This document shows, piece after piece, positions 9,338 to 17,255 of a stretch of DNA of 64,000 nt. The position numbers and the translations under genes are program-made. Each line of letters starts with the position of its first letter. Position 1 is the first letter of the stretch. The DNA lies in contig CAZUZA010000001.1 of the NCBI GenBank assembly GCA_964624875.1, positions 50,660-114,659 of the forward strand, written 5' to 3'. The notes beneath the pieces were generated by a model. The model was not told the DNA's origin. It was given only the letters and a program-made list of their open reading frames with translations, and ran no database searches. The stretch comes from an uncultured Carnobacteriaceae bacterium. GTDB taxonomy: Bacteria; Bacillota; Bacilli; Lactobacillales; Carnobacteriaceae_A.

Positions 9338-10222
9338 CTATAAATGAGTTACGCGATTGGTGATGGTTAGATTTTTCATCGATAAGTCCACAATTCCAGC
9401 AGAATGCGTAATCGCCCCACTTGAAATATAATCAATCGCTAATGTTTTATACTTTGCAATATTTTCAACTGTCATATTTCCTGACGCTTCAACAATCGCG
9501 CGCCCATCAATATATGCAATGGCTTCTTCCATTTGTTCTACATTCATATTATCCAACATAATAATATCCGCACCAGCTTCTACTGCCTCTTTAACCATAT
9601 CTAGATTTTCTGTCTCTACCTCAATATTTTTAATAAAAGGTGCTCGTTCCTTTGCTAAGTGAATCGCATTCTTAACCCCACCAGCAGCATTAATATGATT
9701 GTCCTTTAACATAATTAAATCCGATAAGTTGTAACGGTGATTATTCCCACCGCCTACACGAACCGAATATTTTTCTAATTGACGCAAACCTGGAGTCGTC
9801 TTTCTTGTATCCATCAAACGAATCGGACTGCCTTCCAATTGATCAACCATTTTCCGTGTCGCTGTCGCAATGCCCGACATTCTTTGTAAAAAGTTCAAAG
9901 CTACACGCTCACCCGTTAATAAGGTTTCGACATGCCCGTAAACTTTCGCAAGAATTTCACCGTCATTAAAACGTTCACCTTCTTTTTTAAGCACTTCTAC
10001 TCTTACTCTCTCATCCAACAACTGAAAAACACGTTCAAAGACACGTAAACCTGCAAGAACTCCATCTTGCTTCGCCAGTAATTCAACCGAAGCAATCGCA
10101 TCCCTATTCGCCAATACTTTCGCACTAATATCAACATCCGTAATATCTTCATTTAGCGCATTCAGAATAATTGGATCGATTTTCAAGTTCATTAGTTCAT
10201 TTTCCATCATCATATCTACCAC
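9338..10222 (-). CDS. nadC: Quinolinate phosphoribosyltransferase (nicotinate-nucleotide pyrophosphorylase)
   Basis: ERVALNFLQRMSGIAT, DTRKTTPGLR, NHR..LSD..MLKDNH, IEVE, IMLDN and EASG motifs; exact start uncertain (several ATGs). Confidence 0.96.
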   Translation of the reverse strand: MVDMMMENELMNLKIDPIILNALNEDITDVDISAKVLANRDAIASVELLAKQDGVLAGLRVFERVFQLLDERVRVEVLKKEGERFNDGEILAKVYGHVETLLTGERVALNFLQRMSGIATATRKMVDQLEGSPIRLMDTRKTTPGLRQLEKYSVRVGGGNNHRYNLSDLIMLKDNHINAAGGVKNAIHLAKERAPFIKNIEVETENLDMVKEAVEAGADIIMLDNMNVEQMEEAIAYIDGRAIVEASGNMTVENIAKYKTLAIDYISSGAITHSAGIVDLSMKNLTITNRVTHL

Positions 10223-10234
10223 TTTCTATTCATT

Positions 10235-10792
10235 TCACCGAAAAGAGCACTCTAAATCATGATCGTTAATCATCCCAATCGCTTGTAAATAAGAATACAT
10301 CGTTACCGAACCAATAAATTTAAAGCCTCTCTTCTTCAAATCCTTCGTCACTGCATCACTCAACTCACTTTTCGTTTTTCGTTCGTTGCTTTGTGAAACA
10401 ATTTGTTGACCATCCGTAAACTGCCAAATGTAATCCGAAAACTGACCAAATTCCTGCTGTATCTTCATAAATTGCTTAGCATTATGGATGGTTGCTTCAA
10501 TTTTTCTTCGATAACGAATAATATTTTCATTCCCCATTAACTCCTCGATTTTGCGTTCATCATACTCAGCGACAAGTTGATAATCAAAGTTATCAAAAGC
10601 TTTCATAAAGTGGTCATACTTAGAGAGTACTAGTTGCCACGATAAACCAATATGAAAGATTTCTAAGCTTAACCACTTATACAACTCTTGGTCATCATAT
10701 TCAGGTTTCCCCCAAATGTCGTCATGGTATGTAACGTAATAGTCGGGTTTCCCTTGTATCCAGTCACAGCGTTTCATTGCTTTTTGCTTCAT
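10235..10792 (-). CDS. tag: DNA-3-methyladenine glycosylase I
   Basis: RCDW..YHD..WG, LE...GLSW, LKKRGFKFIG and C-terminal NDH..C zinc ligands. Confidence 0.93.
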   Translation of the reverse strand: MKQKAMKRCDWIQGKPDYYVTYHDDIWGKPEYDDQELYKWLSLEIFHIGLSWQLVLSKYDHFMKAFDNFDYQLVAEYDERKIEELMGNENIIRYRRKIEATIHNAKQFMKIQQEFGQFSDYIWQFTDGQQIVSQSNERKTKSELSDAVTKDLKKRGFKFIGSVTMYSYLQAIGMINDHDLECSFR

Positions 10793-10804
10793 CTTCTTCC
10801 CTGC

Positions 10805-12325
10805 TTACTTTTTATATCTTTCTTTATCTCTTGATAAATGATTTAACTTTAGTTTTCCTAAAATCGGTGTCTTTTTGTATTGAATGGGTTCCATTCGTTC
10901 AATAATTTTATTCAAGGTATTGACGCCCTCACGAATAAAGTCGCCTTTATTCAGCATAATACAGTCTGCACGCGTTCCTTCTGCAGCATCTGTGACTTCT
11001 GATCGTGTTGGGATGCCATCACTTACTAATGTATCTAATACTTCTGTTGCCCATACCACGGGGATATCTCCTGCCTCGCTAATCCACATAATTTCTTGTT
11101 GGAAAGCTGCTAAATCAATATAGCCACTTTCTGCCGCTAAGTCTCCTCTTGCAATCATCACGCTAAATGGGTTTTTACTGGCTGCTGTAAAGATCATCTC
11201 CGGTAAATTTCGCGTTGCACGAACCGTTTCGATTTTAGCCATTAGTGACATCTTCTTAGCATTATCACCAAGTTTTTTAGCGATTTCCGCTTGTATCAAT
11301 TCAATATCCCGACCTGAATTAACAAACGAACAACCAATAATATCTGCATGCTCACAAGCAAAATCAATATCTTTTTGATCTTTTTCAGTTAATTCTTCAA
11401 ATTCAAAAAGATTATTTGGAAAATTCAAGCCTTTTTCTGGATGAACACGTACGCTTGAACCTTTTATTTTCGTCACTTCTAATAGAAATTCGTCGGTTGA
11501 CGCTTCAATTACTTTTGATTCGATACTACCGTCGTCATAAAGAACTGCCTGGCCTACTTCAATTTGACTATAAATTTCATCAATTTCACAACCGGCTGTA
11601 AAGTTCACATCATTTTTAGGCAATCGATCAAAATCACGTGTGATCCGAATCTTATCACCAGGTTTCACTTTCGGTCTTCTTTTATGTGTGTAGACCCATT
11701 CTGTACGTATTTTAGGACCTGCAATATCCATTAATATGCGCACGTCTCGATCTAATTTATCAGACGCCATTCGAATATTTTCAATCATCTGTAGCCATTC
11801 TTCGGGTTTATTATGGGCACAGTTAATACGCGCCACGTTCATTCCTTCAGAGACTAAATCATAAATGAGTTGTGCATCATCAATCGCTTCATTTGGCATT
11901 GTAACCATAATACGTGTCGTGCGATTGTCTGGCTTTTTCCCAAATATTTTCTTTGTATTTTTTTGCAGTCTTCTACGCCCAACATCAAAGTCATCTGGTT
12001 CGGGATGTTCATGCTCAATCTCTTCATCGATTACATCATGTAAAGTCGCAATGACCGCATCCAAAGTAACGAGTGTTTTAGATTCCAAACGTCCCAGCGA
12101 AGATAAGCCCCACGGAATTAAATCGGTTTGTATCTGAGTAATATCTCGGTTCCTTAACGCTAAATAGTAACTGAGGTTTAACGCGCTTTCTTTAAAGGCA
12201 TTTCGGTCAATATGGTCTTCCCAAGAAGCATAAATATGTTCACCTTCATGTTTGATATCATTTCGTAATTGACTCAATTCTTCCATCAATGATTTTGGAT
12301 CATTAGTATGATACTCTCTCTTCAT
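10805..12325 (-). CDS. Atypical pyruvate kinase (N-terminal extension, no C-terminal regulatory domain; Pyk2-like)
   Basis: ARINCAH, DIAGPKIRT, AKIET, MIARGDL, PTRSEVTD and MLNKG motifs; start placed at 12325 from the GGAGG RBS (the ORF track starts at 12364). Confidence 0.85.
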   Translation of the reverse strand: MKREYHTNDPKSLMEELSQLRNDIKHEGEHIYASWEDHIDRNAFKESALNLSYYLALRNRDITQIQTDLIPWGLSSLGRLESKTLVTLDAVIATLHDVIDEEIEHEHPEPDDFDVGRRRLQKNTKKIFGKKPDNRTTRIMVTMPNEAIDDAQLIYDLVSEGMNVARINCAHNKPEEWLQMIENIRMASDKLDRDVRILMDIAGPKIRTEWVYTHKRRPKVKPGDKIRITRDFDRLPKNDVNFTAGCEIDEIYSQIEVGQAVLYDDGSIESKVIEASTDEFLLEVTKIKGSSVRVHPEKGLNFPNNLFEFEELTEKDQKDIDFACEHADIIGCSFVNSGRDIELIQAEIAKKLGDNAKKMSLMAKIETVRATRNLPEMIFTAASKNPFSVMIARGDLAAESGYIDLAAFQQEIMWISEAGDIPVVWATEVLDTLVSDGIPTRSEVTDAAEGTRADCIMLNKGDFIREGVNTLNKIIERMEPIQYKKTPILGKLKLNHLSRDKERYKK

Positions 12326-12495
12326 ATGAATCTTGCCTCCCATATTTTTTTCTGTGTATATCATTAACCTAAGTATACTAGACTCCCAATCGTATTGATA
12401 ACAAGACGCAGGCGCTTATCCGTTTTTAATTTCTAAAAAACAAAAAGCCCACATATCATCAATGAAGTTGACAATAAGTAGGCTCTAAATTTTTA

Positions 12496-12984
12496 TTAGT
12501 CTAGACGAGTTGATAAATCAAGTCCGTCAATTGCATTTAGTTCATTCATTAATAAACGTAAAATGTTTCCACCGTGGATAAATACGTTTACTGCCGGAAT
12601 TGGATCTGGTCCTAAAATACCTAAATGACGCATCAATAATTCACCATCTGGGTTTACAACAAAGTGGTAGTAGCCAGATTTCATAGAGTTTACTTCATTT
12701 AACTTCTCTAAAATTCTTGGTAGTGCATTACGATCCGTTACTAACCCAATTCGGTTATAACTAATTTGATAGTTTACGTACTCTAGGCTATCTGTATCAT
12801 GGATAACAACAGCACATGGTACAACTTTTTCTTGTGTTACCTGTAATGCTGTTTGTAAAACGAGTTGTTTTTGAATAACATCGTCACCGTTTGGATTCTT
12901 TGATTTTGATTCAATCACTTTCCCGTTAAACTTTACTTTTTTTCGTTCTGCTTCTTGTAGAAACTTGTCTGATAATTGACTCAT
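12496..12984 (-). CDS. Hypothetical protein, possible YbjN/type III-chaperone-like fold
   Basis: GGAGG RBS supports the start at 12984; ILEKLNEVN....HFVVNPDGELLMR resembles the YbjN-domain pattern. Confidence 0.55.
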   Translation of the reverse strand: MSQLSDKFLQEAERKKVKFNGKVIESKSKNPNGDDVIQKQLVLQTALQVTQEKVVPCAVVIHDTDSLEYVNYQISYNRIGLVTDRNALPRILEKLNEVNSMKSGYYHFVVNPDGELLMRHLGILGPDPIPAVNVFIHGGNILRLLMNELNAIDGLDLSTRLD

Positions 12985-13094
12985 TATAACCCTCCAATAA
13001 TATAGTGACTTAAGTATAACAAAATACATGGAGAAATGAAAAACAAATTAAAAAAACTTTATATTCAGAAGCTTTCTTTCATTTTAGACAAAGT

Positions 13095-13123
13095 AAAAAC
13101 CCTTGTTTTTCAACAAGGGTTTT
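13095..13123 (-). terminator. rplS intrinsic terminator
   Basis: AAAACCCTTGTT-loop-AACAAGGGTTTT. Confidence 0.85.
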
Positions 13124-13138
13124 AAAAGTTGTCTTAAA

Positions 13139-13489
13139 TTATCTGTTGAAACGCTCTGCAATTCTTGCAGCACGTCCATGACGACTACGTAAGTAGTATA
13201 ATTTAGCACGACGAACTCTACCGCGACGTGTTACTTCAATTTGCGCTACACGTGGTGAGTGTACTGGGAAAGTACGTTCAACACCTACGCCACTTGAAAG
13301 TTTACGTACTGTATAAGATTCGCTAACTCCAGCTCCACGACGTTTGATAACAACGCCTTCGAAAATCTGGATACGTTCACGATCTCCTTCAACGATACGA
13401 GCATGTACACGTACTGTATCTCCTGTTCTAAAGTCAGGAATATCATTACGCAAATGTGCTTTTGTAATTTCTTCAATTAATGGATTCAT
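13139..13489 (-). CDS. rplS: 50S ribosomal protein L19
   Basis: [28 protein letters not shown] and [10 protein letters not shown] motifs; start MNPLI at 13489. Confidence 0.99.
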   Translation of the reverse strand: MNPLIEEITKAHLRNDIPDFRTGDTVRVHARIVEGDRERIQIFEGVVIKRRGAGVSESYTVRKLSSGVGVERTFPVHSPRVAQIEVTRRGRVRRAKLYYLRSRHGRAARIAERFNR

Positions 13490-13508
13490 ATATTCTTCTC
13501 CTCTCACG

Positions 13509-13549
13509 TACAATATTCTTGGGTGCTTAGGTCCTAGCGGAATATTGCA
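13509..13549 (-). ncRNA. L19 ribosomal protein leader (autoregulatory RNA)
   Basis: Minus-strand CAAUAUUCCGCUAGG...CCCAAGAAUAUUG hairpin with the UUCCGCU/CAAGA internal-loop pattern, just before the rplS RBS. Confidence 0.8.
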
Positions 13550-13662
13550 TGATTAAGTGGAAAGCCCACTCAGCTATTAATATTAGCATATTGAAATATT
13601 CATGTAAAGTCTTTAATGGTTATTTATAAATTTTTTCGCTATTTTTTTACATTCAGCTTGAA

Positions 13663-14595
13663 TTACTTGTCGGAACGCAAACCTTCTAGTGTTTCTTCAT
13701 ATAAATCTGGTAACTCTGCTTGAAATTTCATCACTTCACCCGTACGTGGATGAACAAGTTCTAAAGCACGAGCATGTAAAAATTGCCCTTTACCTTCTAG
13801 CGTCTTTTTCGGACCATATGTTTCATCTCCAGCAACGGGGAAATCAATGTAATTCATATGCACACGAATTTGGTGTGTACGTCCTGTCTCTAAAGAGACT
13901 TCCACAAAAGTATATTTATTGAAATGCTCTAGGACTTTAAAATGTGTTATCGCATCTTTTCCAGCATTTGTAACAATAAATCTTTGACGATTTTTCGGGT
14001 CACGTCCAATTGGCGCATCGATCGTTCCATGCTCATGTGGTATCGAACCATGTACAATCGTCCAATACGTACGTTTCATCGAACGATCTTGTAATTGCTC
14101 AGAAAGATGGACATGCGCCTCATCATTTTTAGCAATAACTAAAGCACCAGAAGTGTCTTTATCTAATCGGTGCACAATACCTGGACGGATTTCACCATTA
14201 ATCCCTGAAAGGTCTTCAATATGGTATAGCAACGCATTCACTAACGTACCATTCGGGTTCCCTGCTCCTGGATGAACGACCATACCTTGCGCTTTATTGA
14301 CAATCGCAATATCTTGGTCTTCATATATAATCTCAATTGGTAAATCTTCCGCTACAATATCAACTGGCTCCGGCTCAGGAATCGTTATCGTAATTTCATC
14401 TGCTTTTTCTATTTTATAATTCGCTTTAATCACTTCATCATTCACTAGCACATGACCATCAGCAATTAATTGTTGAATCTTAGAACGCGAAACGCCTTCG
14501 ATTTGTTCCGTTAAATACTTATCAATACGGCCTTCTTTTTTCTCTGCAACAAAATTAAATTCATCTAAAATATTTTCTTCTGACATTTCATTCAC
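13663..14595 (-). CDS. rluD: RluA/RluD family 23S rRNA pseudouridine synthase with S4 domain
   Basis: RIDKYL S4 domain, VNK..GMVVHP, RPGIVHRLDKDTSG and LETGRTHQIRVH motifs; follows lspA. Confidence 0.93.
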   Translation of the reverse strand: MNEMSEENILDEFNFVAEKKEGRIDKYLTEQIEGVSRSKIQQLIADGHVLVNDEVIKANYKIEKADEITITIPEPEPVDIVAEDLPIEIIYEDQDIAIVNKAQGMVVHPGAGNPNGTLVNALLYHIEDLSGINGEIRPGIVHRLDKDTSGALVIAKNDEAHVHLSEQLQDRSMKRTYWTIVHGSIPHEHGTIDAPIGRDPKNRQRFIVTNAGKDAITHFKVLEHFNKYTFVEVSLETGRTHQIRVHMNYIDFPVAGDETYGPKKTLEGKGQFLHARALELVHPRTGEVMKFQAELPDLYEETLEGLRSDK

Positions 14596-14604
14596 CTAAT
14601 CATT

Positions 14605-15072
14605 TTATATTTGTTTGTTTTTTCTTTCATCGTAAAATGTATAAATTATTAATAAGATCACGCCAACGGTCAAGTATGAATCAGCTACGTTAAAAATAGC
14701 AAAATCAATAAATTCTAGCTTGATCATGTCGATCACATACTTGAATACTATGCGATCAATGAAATTCCCTAAAGCGCCAGCTAAGACTAAAGATAGAATA
14801 AAGCCCAGCCCTTTGTTTTCTTTCGCTTCCGTATACATATAGTAGAGTAAAAAAGCGACAACGATTACTGTAATAATATAGAAAAACCACATCTGTCCCT
14901 CTAAAATACTAAAAGCTGCCCCAGTGTTTCGAATATATGTAAGCGAAACAATATTGGGAATAAATTCAACGACTTCACCTAAGCTAATATTTTGGACCGT
15001 GAAGTATTTGGTCATTTGGTCTATGATTACAAGTAAAATCGTTAATACTAAATAAGATGCCACTAAAAACAC
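14605..15072 (-). CDS. lspA: Lipoprotein signal peptidase II
   Basis: DQ.TK, NTGAAFS, GALGNFIDR and FNVAD motifs. Confidence 0.97.
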   Translation of the reverse strand: MFLVASYLVLTILLVIIDQMTKYFTVQNISLGEVVEFIPNIVSLTYIRNTGAAFSILEGQMWFFYIITVIVVAFLLYYMYTEAKENKGLGFILSLVLAGALGNFIDRIVFKYVIDMIKLEFIDFAIFNVADSYLTVGVILLIIYTFYDERKNKQI

Positions 15073-15257
15073 TCTTTTCTATTTATAATTTCCACAAGTC
15101 ATATATTAACACAAAAACAGGTGTTTGATTAGCATTTGCTTGCAAAAATAGCATTCGGTAACCAAAAATGAATAAGGATATACTTATGTTATTCTCCTTT
15201 GTTCATGTATAATAAATAAATGTAATTTGAAAAAATATTTGCTTAAGGAAGGTAATC

Positions 15258-17180
15258 ATGTCAAAAAAACTAAAAATGGTTCTAGGCTTTACTTCTACTA
15301 GCTTGTTATTAGCTGCTTGTAGTGGAATGACGCCAGAAGATATTAAAGAGTCAACAGATGAATTAGAAGTAAGCTTTAATGAAATAATTAATAAACATAA
15401 ACAATTAGTCGAAATCGAAGAAAATATGGATGATCACTTTGAAGAAGTACTTGCTGAAGATGAAAGTTTAGCAACGATTCAAGATGAATCTGCAGATGTT
15501 ATCCAAAATATTACTGAACGTGAAACACTAGTTGAAGAGTTCTCTAGTCAAGTTGAGAACATTAAAGAGCACGCAGAGACAATTGGTGCATATGAAGGTG
15601 AAGATTTCTCTGAAGAAGACATGCAAAAAATCTCATCGGACTTTGCTGCCTTTTCAACAGAAGTTCAGGTATTTATTGAAAATTACCAAGAGAGTTTAAA
15701 CACACAAAAAGACTACTTAAATCAGATTGCTGCGGAAGAATCCGATTATGAAGACTTTTCTGCCGGTATTCAAACAGTAAACGAAGATTATCGTGCACTT
15801 CAAGAAACAACTGTTACATTTGATGAACAATTAGCTGCTTTCGAAGCACAATTATCTTCACTACAAGCAGACATCGATGAAAAAATTGTTGTTGATGATG
15901 AAGTTGCTGAGACCGAAGAAGACGCAACTGATGAAAATGAAGATGCTGAGACTGAAGAAGACGCAACCGAAGCAGACGACGTAACTGACGAAAATGCTGA
16001 AGATGCAGATGGTGAAGAAGGTACAGAAGAACCTGAAGTCACAGAAGAAACAACACTGGCATTCTTAACAGTGAATAACAATTCATTATTACGCATTCCA
16101 AACAAGTTCCCACAAAAATTCGTTTACGATAGTGGTGTGAATATCGAATACCCTGCTGATGGCGTTAAAGGTATCTATGTAACAGCCCACTCAGCTAGTG
16201 GAGATCGAATGGATTATCTAACGAACTTAATTAATACAACTGATTTAAATGCAATGGTTATCGATGTTAAAGATGACTACGGAAACGTAACATTGGATTT
16301 AGGTAGTGACAATGAATTAGTCAACGAAATGACTGTTCCTATGATTGACGCAGAACAATTAATGTCACACTTAGAAGAAAATGACATCTACCCTATTGCT
16401 CGTATTGTTGTATTTAAAGATACTTATTTAGCACAAGCAAAACCTGAGTGGTCATTCACAACTGGCAATGGTCAAGTTTGGTCCAATGGTGGTGGCGAAA
16501 GTTTTGTGAATCCATATCTAAAAGAGATTTGGGATTATAACGTAGAAATAGCGATTCAAGCAGCTAAATTAGGTTTCAAAGATATTCAGTTTGATTATGT
16601 TCGATTCCCTGAAGGGTTCGAAACAAGAGATCGTGATTTAAACTATAGCCATGGTCATTACGGAGACGACAACGTTGATGTTATCAATATGGAACATCGT
16701 AACCAAGCTGTTACTGACTTCGTAGCTTATGCTCGTGAGCAATTACAACCATATGGTGCAGATTTATCGGTAGATATCTTTGGTTATGCAGCTGTCGTTC
16801 GTGAAACACCAGGTATCGGTCAAAGTTTCCCTGGTATCTCTCGTGAAGTAGATGTTATTTCAAGCATGATTTATCCAAGTCACTGGGGCATCGGAAACTT
16901 AGGTGTAGACATCCCTGACTTAGATCCATATAACATTGTTGCAAACTACTCAGTTATTGAAAACGAAATTATGGATGAATTAGGTGAAGAAGCACCCATC
17001 TCACGTCCATGGATTCAAGACTTCACAGCTTCTTATTTAGGTGCTGGTTACTATAAGACTTATGGCGCGCAAGAAGTTACAGAGCAAGTAAGAGCATTAC
17101 ATGATAATGGCATTAACGAATTCTTATTATGGAACGCTGGAAATACGTATTCTGAAGGTGCAACATATAGCTTTGAATAA
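15258..17180 (+). CDS. Lipoprotein: N-terminal helical (YkyA-like) domain, acidic linker and putative glycoside hydrolase (DUF4015-like TIM barrel)
   Basis: Lipobox LLLAAC; about 180 aa of acidic helical sequence; D/E-rich linker; C-terminal KGIYVT, NAMVIDVKDD.G, IARIVVFKD, IQFDYVRFP, MIYPSH and RPWIQDF motifs. Confidence 0.78.
   Translation: MSKKLKMVLGFTSTSLLLAACSGMTPEDIKESTDELEVSFNEIINKHKQLVEIEENMDDHFEEVLAEDESLATIQDESADVIQNITERETLVEEFSSQVENIKEHAETIGAYEGEDFSEEDMQKISSDFAAFSTEVQVFIENYQESLNTQKDYLNQIAAEESDYEDFSAGIQTVNEDYRALQETTVTFDEQLAAFEAQLSSLQADIDEKIVVDDEVAETEEDATDENEDAETEEDATEADDVTDENAEDADGEEGTEEPEVTEETTLAFLTVNNNSLLRIPNKFPQKFVYDSGVNIEYPADGVKGIYVTAHSASGDRMDYLTNLINTTDLNAMVIDVKDDYGNVTLDLGSDNELVNEMTVPMIDAEQLMSHLEENDIYPIARIVVFKDTYLAQAKPEWSFTTGNGQVWSNGGGESFVNPYLKEIWDYNVEIAIQAAKLGFKDIQFDYVRFPEGFETRDRDLNYSHGHYGDDNVDVINMEHRNQAVTDFVAYAREQLQPYGADLSVDIFGYAAVVRETPGIGQSFPGISREVDVISSMIYPSHWGIGNLGVDIPDLDPYNIVANYSVIENEIMDELGEEAPISRPWIQDFTASYLGAGYYKTYGAQEVTEQVRALHDNGINEFLLWNAGNTYSEGATYSFE
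15906..16010 (+). repeat. In-frame degenerate tandem repeat (39-bp period) encoding the acidic linker
   Basis: GCTGAGAC(C/T)GAAGAAGACGCAAC at 15906 and 15945, followed by a partial ACTGACGAAAATG copy; encodes AETEEDATDENED/AETEEDATEADD/VTDENAED. Confidence 0.8.
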
Positions 17181-17198
17181 ATAAATAATCAAAAAATT

Positions 17199-17244
17199 AA
17201 AAACGATGAACACGCTATAATTTGAGCGCGTTCATCGTTTTTTT
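17199..17244. terminator. Bidirectional intrinsic terminator between the lipoprotein gene and addA
   Basis: AAAAACGATGAACACGCT-loop-AGCGCGTTCATCGTTTTT. Confidence 0.88.
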
Positions 17245-17255
17245 GTTCTCTATTA

